Below are positions 20,267-28,708 of a stretch of 64,000 bases of DNA, piece by piece; position 1 is the stretch's first letter; every line of letters starts with the position of its first letter. The notes under the pieces are model-generated. The model saw only the letters and a list, made by a program, of their open reading frames with translations, did not search any database and was not told where the DNA came from. Where the stretch lies: the NCBI GenBank assembly GCA_965223855.1, contig CBDCXM010000009.1, positions 448,001-512,000 of the forward strand, in the 5' to 3' direction. The position numbers and the translations under genes are program-made. This DNA is from Candidatus Multivoradales bacterium. GTDB lineage: Bacteria; Acidobacteriota; Thermoanaerobaculia; Multivoradales; JAHEKO01.

Positions 20267-21139
20267 TCAGGCGAGTGCATTGGCGCCGCCGACGATGTCG
20301 AGCAGCTCCATGGTGACCTGGGTTTGGCGCGCCCGGTTGTACTGCATCGTCAGGCGCTTGATCATGTCTTCGGCGGCGTCGGTGGCGGCCTTCATCGCCA
20401 CCATCCGCGCTACCTGCTCGCTGACCGCCGCGTCCGTGAACGCCTGGAAGATGCGCACACGCACGGTCGCCGGCAGCAGCTCGTCGAGCAGCTCCTGCGG
20501 ACTGGGCGAGAACTCGTACTCGACGTTGGCGCCGCCTTCCTCGCCCTCGGGGGCTTCGTAGGAGAGCGGCAGAATCTGCTCGATGACGGGAATCTGCTTG
20601 CCGGTCGAGACGAACTTCATGTAGCCGACGTGAAGGGCGGCGATCTCACCGCGCACGAAGGCGTCCATCAGCCGGTTGGCGACCGGCTCGACCTGGTCGA
20701 AGCGCGGACTGTCGCCGAGGCCGGTAATCTCGTCGGCCACCGGTCGATTGCGGAAGGCGAAGTTGGCGACCCCTTTGCCGCCGACCATGGTGACCTCGCT
20801 CTCGACACCGTCGTCGCGGCGCGCGTCGATGTGATCCATCGTCGCCTTGAGGACGTTGGCGTTGTAGCCGCCGCAAAGGCCCCGATCGGATGTCAGCACC
20901 AGCAACGCTTCGCGGTCGACCCCCTCGTGCACCTGCATCAGCGGGTGGTCGAGACCGTCCGCCGCTCGGGCGAGACCGCCGACGAGCTGCGCCAGCTTCT
21001 CGGTGTACGGCTTGCCGGCGGTGGCGCGATTGAACGCCGCCTGGAAGCGCGCCGTGGCGATCAGCTGCATCGTCCGCGTGATCTTGCGGATGTTGCGCGT
21101 CGCGCTGCGGCGCTTGACGAGAACTCTACGGTTGGCCAT
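20267..21139 (-). CDS. atpG: F1Fo ATP synthase gamma subunit
   Basis: KITRTMQLIA, SDRGLCGGYN, SEQVARMVAMKAATD, YNRARQ. Confidence 0.98.
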   Translation of the reverse strand: MANRRVLVKRRSATRNIRKITRTMQLIATARFQAAFNRATAGKPYTEKLAQLVGGLARAADGLDHPLMQVHEGVDREALLVLTSDRGLCGGYNANVLKATMDHIDARRDDGVESEVTMVGGKGVANFAFRNRPVADEITGLGDSPRFDQVEPVANRLMDAFVRGEIAALHVGYMKFVSTGKQIPVIEQILPLSYEAPEGEEGGANVEYEFSPSPQELLDELLPATVRVRIFQAFTDAAVSEQVARMVAMKAATDAAEDMIKRLTMQYNRARQTQVTMELLDIVGGANALA

Positions 21140-21162
21140 GGCTCAGCTCGAGGAGGGGTCGC

Positions 21163-22866
21163 TCAGTCGGAGAGGAACTGCTGCTTGAAGTTGCCGACGA
21201 CGCCACCGAGGGTCTCGGAGAGCTCGTCGGAGAGCTTGCCGGTGGAGCCGATCTCTTCGAGGATCTCCGGGAACTCGTCGCGCACGTGGCCGAGAAGTTC
21301 GCTCTCGAAGTCGGCGACCTTCGCCACGTCGAGATCGTCGAGGTAGCCCTTGGTGCCGGCGAAGATCGAAACCACCTGCTCGGCGACAGAGAACGGCTCG
21401 TACTGCGGCTGCTTGAGCAGCTCGACCATGCGGGCACCGCGATCGAGCTGCTTCTGCGTGGCGTCGTCGAGCTCGGTGCCGAGCTGCGCGAATGCCTCGA
21501 GGGCGCGGAACGCCGCCAGATCGAGTCGCAACGAACCGGCGAGCTTCTTCATCGCCTTGATCTGTGCGTTTCCACCGACACGCGACACCGAGATACCGAC
21601 GTTGACCGCCGGCCGGACACCGGCGAAGAAGAGATCGGGCTCGAGGAAGATCTGGCCGTCGGTGATCGAGATCACGTTGGTCGGAATGTAGGCCGAGACC
21701 TCGCCTTCGAGGGTCTCGATGATCGGCAGCGCGGTCATCGAGCCGCCGCTGTCGGGGAACTTGTGCACCTTGTAGCCGCCGCCGGCCGCCTCGACGGCCG
21801 CCTCGGCCCGCTCCAGCCCTTCGCCCCGGTGGTAGAGACCGGCGGGGTCGTCGGGAGCGTGCTCCTTCATCGCGTCGAGATCGGTCACCGCGACCGAGCG
21901 GTCGGTGGTGGCGTCGTCGGTCTCGGCGCGCACGATCGCGTACTCGTCGCGCAGCTTGACGGCGCGCTCGAGCAGGCGGGAATGGAGATAGAAGACGTCG
22001 CCGGGGTACGCCTCACGACCCGGCGGGCGACGCAGCAGCAGCGAGAGCTGGCGGTAGGCGTGCGCCTGCTTCGAGAGATCGTCGTAGATCACCAGCGTCG
22101 CCTTGCCCTGCTGGTACATGAAGTACTCGGCCATCGCCGCGCCGGCGTAGGGGGCGATGTACTGGAGCGGCGCCGGGTCGGAAGCCGAAGCGGAGACGAC
22201 GATGGTGTAGTCCATCGCGCCGAGCTCGCGCAGCTTCTCGACCGTGCCGACCACGGTCGACTCCTTCTGGCCGACGGCGACGTAGATGCAGACGACGTCG
22301 CCACCCTTCTGGTTGACGATCGCGTCGAGGGCGATCGCCGTCTTGCCGGTCTTGCGGTCGCCGATGATCAGCTCGCGCTGGCCACGGCCGATCGGGATCA
22401 TGCCGTCGATCGCCTTGACACCGGTCTGGAGCGGCTCGTCGACAGGCTGGCGAGCGGCGATGCCCGGCGCCTTGAACTCGAGCGGCCGCCGATGCGGCGT
22501 CTCGACCGTTCCCAGGCCGTCGAGCGGGCGGCCGAGGGGATCGACCACGCGGCCGACGAGCGCCTCGCCGCACGGCACCGACAGCAGCTCGCCGGTGCGA
22601 CGAACCTCGTCGCCCTCCTTGATCGACAGGTAGTCGCCGAAGATGACGACGCCGACCGACCCCTCTTCGAGGTTGAACACCTGGCCGTACTCGCCGTTCT
22701 CGAACTGCAACTGCTCCCCAGCGAGTGCGTTGGTCAGGCCGTAGACGCGAGCGATGCCGTCGCCGACCTCGAGCACGCGGCCAACTTCGGACAGGTCCAC
22801 CTCGGTCCGGTAGTTGCTGATCTCTTCGGTCAGGACCGACGAAATCTCATCCACCTTGAACTTCAT
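21163..22866 (-). CDS. atpA: F1Fo ATP synthase alpha subunit (with ~63-aa insertion)
   Basis: [53 protein letters not shown]. Confidence 0.99.
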   Translation of the reverse strand: MKFKVDEISSVLTEEISNYRTEVDLSEVGRVLEVGDGIARVYGLTNALAGEQLQFENGEYGQVFNLEEGSVGVVIFGDYLSIKEGDEVRRTGELLSVPCGEALVGRVVDPLGRPLDGLGTVETPHRRPLEFKAPGIAARQPVDEPLQTGVKAIDGMIPIGRGQRELIIGDRKTGKTAIALDAIVNQKGGDVVCIYVAVGQKESTVVGTVEKLRELGAMDYTIVVSASASDPAPLQYIAPYAGAAMAEYFMYQQGKATLVIYDDLSKQAHAYRQLSLLLRRPPGREAYPGDVFYLHSRLLERAVKLRDEYAIVRAETDDATTDRSVAVTDLDAMKEHAPDDPAGLYHRGEGLERAEAAVEAAGGGYKVHKFPDSGGSMTALPIIETLEGEVSAYIPTNVISITDGQIFLEPDLFFAGVRPAVNVGISVSRVGGNAQIKAMKKLAGSLRLDLAAFRALEAFAQLGTELDDATQKQLDRGARMVELLKQPQYEPFSVAEQVVSIFAGTKGYLDDLDVAKVADFESELLGHVRDEFPEILEEIGSTGKLSDELSETLGGVVGNFKQQFLSD

Positions 22867-22880
22867 CTCAGATACCTCTC

Positions 22881-23468
22881 TCAGGTCGTCGCGTTGTGGA
22901 TCTCGTGCGTCGCACGTTCCCGCAACTGGTCATCCAACTGGCGCAGGTCCGTCGCCAGGCTGTAGTCGATCTTGCGGTCGCCCACCGACACGACGATGCC
23001 GCCGAGCGTCTTCGGGTCGACCGTTTCTGCCAGGCGCACCTTCTTTCCGGTGATGCGGCCCAGCGTGTCCGTAAGTCTGGTGCGCAGCGCCTCGGTGAGC
23101 GGGGTCGCCGAGACGACCGTCGCATCCACCCGACCCCGCAGTTCGTCGAGCGCCTGGCGGTAGGCGACGGCCAGCGCCCGGATCAGGCCGAGACGGCCTT
23201 TCCTGTTCATCACCTGCAGGGTGTCGACGACCAGGTCGTCCGCCTGCCCCCGCAGGACCTTCTCGAGCGTGTCGCGTCGCGCATCGACGTCGACCAGCGG
23301 GCTCGAGAAGAAGCGCTCGAGGTCCGGATCGCGATCCTGCAGGGCGACGAGATCGTCGAGCTCTTCGAGCACGGCATCGCCGATGCCGCGTTCCTCGGCC
23401 AGCCCGAGGACGGACTCGGCGTAGACGCGGGCGATCGAGAGTTCGCGATCGTTGACGTGATGGCTCAT
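22881..23468 (-). CDS. atpH: F1Fo ATP synthase delta subunit
   Basis: ARVYAE, V.SATPL, VDP..LGG.V...GD..ID.S; position between atpF and atpA. Confidence 0.95.
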   Translation of the reverse strand: MSHHVNDRELSIARVYAESVLGLAEERGIGDAVLEELDDLVALQDRDPDLERFFSSPLVDVDARRDTLEKVLRGQADDLVVDTLQVMNRKGRLGLIRALAVAYRQALDELRGRVDATVVSATPLTEALRTRLTDTLGRITGKKVRLAETVDPKTLGGIVVSVGDRKIDYSLATDLRQLDDQLRERATHEIHNATT

Positions 23469-23483
23469 GGCGCGTTCAGTGGC

Positions 23484-24086
23484 TCAGTTGAGGTTCTGCT
23501 CGCCGAGCTTGGCGATCGCGTCCTCGATCAGGCGCTCGTGATCCTCGGCCTTCACTTCGCGCGCGATCACCTTCGAGGCGATGTCGGTCGCCACCCTGGC
23601 GCTGGTCTCGTAGAGCTCCCGCACCGCAGTCGACCTGGCGATCTCGATCTCGCGCTTGGCTCGGGCGAGCATTTTCGACGCCTCGCCGCGAGCCTCCTCC
23701 TCGATGGTCGCCTTGACCACCTCGGCGTCGCGGCGCCCCTCCTCGACGATCGCCGTCGCCTCGGCGCGGGCGTCGTTGAGCTTGTCGGTGTATTCCTGAA
23801 GCGTCGCCGCCGCCTCTTCGCGGTCGCTCTTCGCCTGCTCGAGCGATTCGCGGATGAAGCTCTCGCGCTCCTGGAGTGTCGAGAGCAGCGGCCCCCAGGC
23901 GAACTTGCCGAGAAAGAAGACCGCCAGCAGGAAGATGACGAGCGTCCAGATCGCGTTGCCGAGATCGCCGGCGAAGAGATTGGACTCTCCGCCACCGCCG
24001 CCCGCGGCATGGGCCGCTCCGGCGCCGGCGATCGCGAGGACCAGCAGGGTGAGCACGGTGGTCTTGGCTGTCGTGAATCGAGTCAT
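23484..24086 (-). CDS. atpF: F1Fo ATP synthase b subunit
   Basis: WTLVIFLL..FFLGKFAWGPLL..L.ERE..I followed by a long coiled coil. Confidence 0.95.
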   Translation of the reverse strand: MTRFTTAKTTVLTLLVLAIAGAGAAHAAGGGGGESNLFAGDLGNAIWTLVIFLLAVFFLGKFAWGPLLSTLQERESFIRESLEQAKSDREEAAATLQEYTDKLNDARAEATAIVEEGRRDAEVVKATIEEEARGEASKMLARAKREIEIARSTAVRELYETSARVATDIASKVIAREVKAEDHERLIEDAIAKLGEQNLN

Positions 24087-24124
24087 AGCGACCCTTCCGT
24101 CGGGCTGCAAAGCCCGGGGATCAA

Positions 24125-24158
24125 CGGCGGCCGGGGCGCCGAACGCCCCGGCCCGCCG
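24125..24158. other. GC-rich stem-loop between atpE and atpF (possible mRNA stabiliser or partial terminator)
   Basis: cggcggccggggcg-ccgaa-cgccccggcccgccg inverted repeat; no U-tract; role inferred. Confidence 0.5.
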
Positions 24159-24167
24159 GGTATTGCG

Positions 24168-24494
24168 TCAGAGAACCGCGAGCAGTCCGACGAGAACGGC
24201 GAAGAGCGTCGCGCCTTCGACGAAGGCTGCGGTGAGCAGCATCGCCGGGCTGATCTTGTCGGCCGCCTCGGGCTGGCGCGCCATCGACTCGACGGCACTG
24301 CCGCCGATCCGGCCGATACCGGCCGCGCCGCCCATCACCGCCAGACCGGCGCCGATCGCGCCGCCCAGCTTGCGGGCACCGTCCGTCGTCAGCAGAGCGC
24401 CACCCTCTTCGGCGGCGAACGCGGCGGGAGCGAGCATCAGGCCGAGGCCGAAGACGATCGCCACCAGAGCGAACTTTGCGAACTTCTTGTTCAT
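24168..24494 (-). CDS. atpE: F1Fo ATP synthase c subunit
   Basis: Gly-rich helix GGAAGIG, ARQPE loop, conserved Glu in FVEGATLF; ATG 24494 after an A-rich RBS region. Confidence 0.97.
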   Translation of the reverse strand: MNKKFAKFALVAIVFGLGLMLAPAAFAAEEGGALLTTDGARKLGGAIGAGLAVMGGAAGIGRIGGSAVESMARQPEAADKISPAMLLTAAFVEGATLFAVLVGLLAVL

Positions 24495-24620
24495 GAGGTG
24501 TTTCCTTTTTTTCGGGAGTCCGGCGGGGCAGACCCCCCGTTCGAATTCGCCATCGCAGTCACGCCTCGTGGCCCGCGTGCCCCGCGCTTGTCCGGGCATG
24601 GCGAAGATCTGGAACTTGCT

Positions 24621-25475
24621 CTAGTGAGCGTGAGCCTCCTCGTGGTCGTCGTGGTGGAACAGGATCGACTGACCGATGAACATGACGGTGAGGAAGGTGA
24701 AGATGAACGCCTGAATGAAGGCGACGAGAATCTCGAGGAAGGTGATCGCGACCGAGCCGACCACCACCGGTACGGCGATGCCGAAGCCGAGGCCGGTGCT
24801 CGCCGCGCCCGCCGAGAGGATGAAGCTCAGCAACACCGCGAGGATGATGTGGCCGGCGACCATGTTGGCAAACAGACGCACCGTCAGGGCGAAGGTCTTG
24901 GCGATGAAGCCGATGATCTCGAGCGGCACCAGAAGCGGCGCGAGCCACAGCGGCCCCGGGCACAGATGGGCGACGAAGTGCTTGCCGCCGATCCTGAGGC
25001 CGTTGTAGACCATCATGAAGAGCGTCAGGGTCGCGAGCGTCGCCGTCACCCAGATGTTGGCGGTCGCCGTGCCGCCGATGTAGACCGGGCTGACGAACGG
25101 GCTGATCGCGCCGATCGGCAGCAGGCCGAGCAGGTTGAGCGACAGGACGAAGAAGAACACCGTCCAGATGTAGGGGATGAAGCGGTCGGTGTACTCCCCC
25201 AGGTTGGGGCGGGCGATGTCGTTGCGGAAGTACGAGCAGATCGCCTCGATGCCGTTGCCGAAACCGCTCGGCACGAGGCGCTCGATCCCCTCGCTCGACT
25301 TCTTCCTGAGCGAACGCGGCAGCACCAGGACGAGCACGAAGAACGCCAGCACGATCATGCTGATGTGGTCGGAGAAGACCGTCAGCTTCTGCTCGGGCGT
25401 CAACGGGCCGAAGTCGGCGTCGATCTGATGGATCGGGTGCTGGACGACGTGGGAGAGAGGGTTGGAAGCGGCCAT
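24621..25475 (-). CDS. atpB: F1Fo ATP synthase a subunit
   Basis: NLLGLLP, TATANI, ALTVRLFANMVAGH, FLEILVAFIQAFIF. Confidence 0.98.
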   Translation of the reverse strand: MAASNPLSHVVQHPIHQIDADFGPLTPEQKLTVFSDHISMIVLAFFVLVLVLPRSLRKKSSEGIERLVPSGFGNGIEAICSYFRNDIARPNLGEYTDRFIPYIWTVFFFVLSLNLLGLLPIGAISPFVSPVYIGGTATANIWVTATLATLTLFMMVYNGLRIGGKHFVAHLCPGPLWLAPLLVPLEIIGFIAKTFALTVRLFANMVAGHIILAVLLSFILSAGAASTGLGFGIAVPVVVGSVAITFLEILVAFIQAFIFTFLTVMFIGQSILFHHDDHEEAHAH

Positions 25476-25491
25476 GTCTGCTTGCTCGCGG

Positions 25492-25914
25492 TCAGTCGTT
25501 TCGAGGGTCGTTGCTGCGGGTCGCGGAAAGCGTCAGGAGGATGTCGATCGGCAGGAGGGCGAGGTAGCTGATCCCGACCCAGACGAGGAACGGCTTGCGG
25601 GCGATCTCGCTTCCGAGCACCACCACCAGGGAAAGCCCCAGGGCGACCGCCATCCGCAGCGAGGTCCCCCCGAGCAGGGTGACCATCTCCTGGGACGCGT
25701 TCCCTCCCGATCGAGACCGCAACACCGGCAGGATTCCAAGCAGGGAAGCCGCGAGGCTCACCCCGATTCCTGCCAGCATCGCTCGTATGCCTGACGCACC
25801 TCCGAGATTCTGTGTGGGAAACCACCCGAGCGCCGCCAGCGCGCCGCTCGCGAGGATCAGTGTCGTGGCCAGCCGCAGAAACAGCGTGGCGGCACCATGA
25901 CCACCGGAACCCAC
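25492..25914 (-). CDS. atpI: ATP synthase protein I-like 4-TM protein
   Basis: Four hydrophobic segments directly upstream of atpB; start uncertain. Confidence 0.65.
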   Translation of the reverse strand: MGSGGHGAATLFLRLATTLILASGALAALGWFPTQNLGGASGIRAMLAGIGVSLAASLLGILPVLRSRSGGNASQEMVTLLGGTSLRMAVALGLSLVVVLGSEIARKPFLVWVGISYLALLPIDILLTLSATRSNDPRND

Positions 25915-25919
25915 GTTCG

Positions 25920-26165
25920 TTATGTCTCCGGATTCCCTCGCTTCGTCGAAGACCGCCGGTTGGCACCGAGGCCCTGACGCACAAGATTATACATGCCGCC
26001 GACGATTCCGAGAACGCCCCCGATCGCGAGTCCGAGCGTCGACTTCTCCCAGTACCCGCCGATCCAGTAGCCGAAGAGACCCATCCCGACCACCGCGCCG
26101 AGCAGCTCGAACCCCTTGCTGTAGGCCCCCATCCAACCGGGGCCTCCCGAGGGCCTGCCGCTCAC
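25920..26165 (-). CDS. AtpZ/AtpI family 2-TM protein
   Basis: G.EL...V.G..LFGYWI....W......L.IG..LG..GG.YNL pattern at the head of the atp operon. Confidence 0.8.
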   Translation of the reverse strand: MSGRPSGGPGWMGAYSKGFELLGAVVGMGLFGYWIGGYWEKSTLGLAIGGVLGIVGGMYNLVRQGLGANRRSSTKRGNPET

Positions 26166-26216
26166 GCCGGGACCAGCCTGGAGAGGGGCTGCGGATCGGT
26201 CGGAGACTCGGGCATC

Positions 26217-26660
26217 TCAGACCGGATACTCGATCCGCACCCAGGTTCCGGGGGTGCCCTGCCGGTAGCTCACCTGCACCTGGCGCCCGCCGCGCTCGAA
26301 CGCCCCGTCCTCGAGCTCGGTCCAGCCGGAGGAACGCAACTGCTGCTTGTAGCGCCGTTCGACGACCGACGGCTGGGCCGGTACCGACAGTTCGATGAAG
26401 CTGCGGCCGGAGGTCGCGGGCCCGTAGTTGATGAGGCTGGCGGACGCGTAGAGCGGCAGGTCGGAGGGGAAGTCGCCCGGCATTCTCACGCCGGTGTTGT
26501 CCTCCGCCGAGCGCGCCTGCAGATCGTAGTCGGTCGTCAGGTTGGCATCGACCGGTGCGGCGACGTCCTCGGTCTCGAGCACCTCGGGCTCGGGCGCCTC
26601 GGTGGCGCGGCAACCGCCGAGAACGACGAGCAAGCCGGCTAGCAGGCAGGCATTTCTCAT
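26217..26660 (-). CDS. Hypothetical lipoprotein
   Basis: Lipobox LGGC after a hydrophobic stretch; P.DFP.DLPLY motif. Confidence 0.75.
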   Translation of the reverse strand: MRNACLLAGLLVVLGGCRATEAPEPEVLETEDVAAPVDANLTTDYDLQARSAEDNTGVRMPGDFPSDLPLYASASLINYGPATSGRSFIELSVPAQPSVVERRYKQQLRSSGWTELEDGAFERGGRQVQVSYRQGTPGTWVRIEYPV

Positions 26661-27370
26661 GTGACGAATCTAACAGAGCTCTCAGCGACCACCGTCAGCT
26701 CGCGGGTGAGCGTGCGGAGGTCGGCGCCGATCGAGCGATCGACCCGACGGGCATGCATCCCCAGCGCCTTCGGGCCCTCGACATCTTCGAGCTCGCGATC
26801 GCCCAGGTGCAGCACCTGCTCGGCCGGCAGCTCGAGCAGGCTCAGAGCGGTCTGGAAGATCAGAGGATGCGGTTTCTCGACGCCCGCCCCCTGGGAGGTG
26901 ACGATCGACTCGAACGCCTCGCCGATCCCGAGTCGGGCCAGGAGCCGTGGCAGCCGCTCGTCCCAGTTGGCGATCACCGCCACTCGCAGACCGGCACGCC
27001 GCAGCGCCGCCAGCGTCGATTCGACCTCCGGGTAGAGCGACCATGCCTCGGCCCGGCCGAAGCGGTCGTAGAGCTCCGCAGCCGCGAAGCGGGTCGGGGG
27101 CGGAGCGTCGAGGTGCTCGCAGAAGCGCTCGAGGAAGCGCCGCCACCAGCCGGCGGCGCCTTCCGGATGGGTGCCGAAGCGATCGCTGCCGGTGTCGTTG
27201 GCGCAGTCGAACTCCTGCCACACCTCGAGGATCAGTTCGCGCGCGGCCAGCGCGTCGACGGCGTAGCCGTGGCGGGTGAGAACCTCGGCATAGACCTGCC
27301 CCAATCGAGGACTGTGAAACAGCGTCCCGGTCGCGTCGAGCGTCACCGCGCGCACCCGCAACGGGTTCAT
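26657..27370 (-). CDS. HAD-IA family hydrolase
   Basis: DATGTL motif I, IANWD, EKP.P.IF, HLGD...DVEG. Confidence 0.92.
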   Translation of the reverse strand: MNPLRVRAVTLDATGTLFHSPRLGQVYAEVLTRHGYAVDALAARELILEVWQEFDCANDTGSDRFGTHPEGAAGWWRRFLERFCEHLDAPPPTRFAAAELYDRFGRAEAWSLYPEVESTLAALRRAGLRVAVIANWDERLPRLLARLGIGEAFESIVTSQGAGVEKPHPLIFQTALSLLELPAEQVLHLGDRELEDVEGPKALGMHARRVDRSIGADLRTLTRELTVVAESSVRFVT

Positions 27371-27415
27371 CGCTCGCTCCTGATGACGGCGAACGCTGTG
27401 CTAGCGTCTCGACCG

Positions 27416-27559
27416 GTGAGCAGGGACCAGCGCATCGTCCTGGCGTGCATCGCCTTCGCGGCGTGGATGGGGTTGCTGATGATCGGCTGGATCGGCGGTG
27501 GAGTCGTCCATCTGCTGCTGCCGCTGGCGCTCGTCATCGTCCCATGGAGCCGTCTCTGA
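27416..27559 (+). CDS. Small membrane protein (47 aa, lmo0937-like)
   Basis: MSRDQRIVLACIAFAAWMGLLMIGWIGGGVVHLLLPLALVIVPWSRL; GG.VHLLL motif; TG.TAGCGT -10-like box upstream. Confidence 0.55.
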   Translation: MSRDQRIVLACIAFAAWMGLLMIGWIGGGVVHLLLPLALVIVPWSRL

Positions 27560-27578
27560 GACGGCTCGCCCAGGCGGC

Positions 27579-27851
27579 TCATTCGCGCGGCCTCCACGAA
27601 GACAGGTTCTGCACCGCCCGGACGACCAGGAAAGCGAGCGCGCCGAACGCCAGGCCGCTCATCGTGGCGTAGGCCCACGGCAGACCGCGCAGATAGTGGA
27701 CCGCCGGGATCGCCAGTGCCGCCGTGGCGACGCCGGCCGCGACTCTGGGGCCGAGCGGCCCGAGGTCGGCCGAGCCGCCCGGTGAAGGGACACTGCCGGG
27801 CACGCCCTGACCGGGCGCGGATCCGTCACGTTCGAAGCGCGAGCGCTTCAT
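27579..27851 (-). CDS. Small 2-TM hypothetical protein
   Basis: Two hydrophobic segments; co-oriented with the FAH gene. Confidence 0.55.
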   Translation of the reverse strand: MKRSRFERDGSAPGQGVPGSVPSPGGSADLGPLGPRVAAGVATAALAIPAVHYLRGLPWAYATMSGLAFGALAFLVVRAVQNLSSWRPRE

Positions 27852-27876
27852 GCCCGTCCCCCGCCGCCGGCGAGCG

Positions 27877-28647
27877 TCACCACTCGGCAGCCTCCACCCG
27901 GCTCTCGAGCGTGCCGACCGAGGAGACCTCGATTTCGACCCGGTCGCCGGGGGCGAGCGGTCCCACTCCAGCGGGGGTTCCGGTCAGCACCAGGTCACCC
28001 GGCTCGAGGGTCATCATCCGCGAGATGTAGACCAGCTGCTCGACGATCCCCCACTCCATGTCGGCCACCGAGCCGCGCTGGCGCCCCTCGCCACCGATGC
28101 GCGTAACCACCTCGAGGGCCTCCAGATCGGGCTCGACCTGGATCGCCGGGCCGAGCGGGCAGAACGTGTCGAACGACTTGCCGCGCGCGAACGTCGCGTC
28201 CTTCCTCTGGAGGTCGCGCGCGGTGACGTCGCACGCCGCCGTCACGCCGAGGATGGCGCCGCGCGCCTGCTCGGGCGTAGCGCGGGTCAGGCGGTGGCGC
28301 ACCACCACGGCAATCTCCCCCTCGTACTCCACCCGCTCGCTCTCCGGCGGCAGCACGATCGGCGCCCCGGGACCGATCACCGAGCTCGGCGCCTTGAGGA
28401 AGAGGAGCGGCTCTTCCGGCATCGGGTTGTCGAGCTCGGCGGCATGCTCGCGGTAGTTGCGGCCGACGCCGACGATCTTCCCCGGCAGCACCGGCGGCAG
28501 CAGGCCGCCCCCCTCCTCGACCTCGCGCCCGAACTCCCAGCCGCCGGGTCGCGTCTCGAACGGGTCGGAGAAGAGCACCCGCAGCGGTTCGCCTTCGGCC
28601 TCGCGGGCCGCATGAAACCCCTCCGGGCCGAGGCGGTAGAGCAGCAT
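27877..28647 (-). CDS. Fumarylacetoacetate hydrolase family protein
   Basis: KIVGVGRNY..HA.E, P.LFLK, EYEGEI, DVTARDLQ, KSFDTFCPLGP, TLEPGDLVLTGTP. Confidence 0.95.
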   Translation of the reverse strand: MLLYRLGPEGFHAAREAEGEPLRVLFSDPFETRPGGWEFGREVEEGGGLLPPVLPGKIVGVGRNYREHAAELDNPMPEEPLLFLKAPSSVIGPGAPIVLPPESERVEYEGEIAVVVRHRLTRATPEQARGAILGVTAACDVTARDLQRKDATFARGKSFDTFCPLGPAIQVEPDLEALEVVTRIGGEGRQRGSVADMEWGIVEQLVYISRMMTLEPGDLVLTGTPAGVGPLAPGDRVEIEVSSVGTLESRVEAAEW

Positions 28648-28708
28648 GCCGGGATTCTAACGACCTCTCCCCCCTCGACCCGACGGAGACAGTCCCTCCG
28701 GCAGGCCC

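Noticed and set aside
21748-21952. Intein in atpA
   Set aside because: Too short and lacks the N-terminal Cys/Ser and C-terminal His-Asn splice motifs
24168-24494. Sodium-translocating or N-type ATPase
   Set aside because: The c subunit lacks the Q..ES/T sodium ligands and the gene order is the standard F-type, not atpDCQRBEFAG
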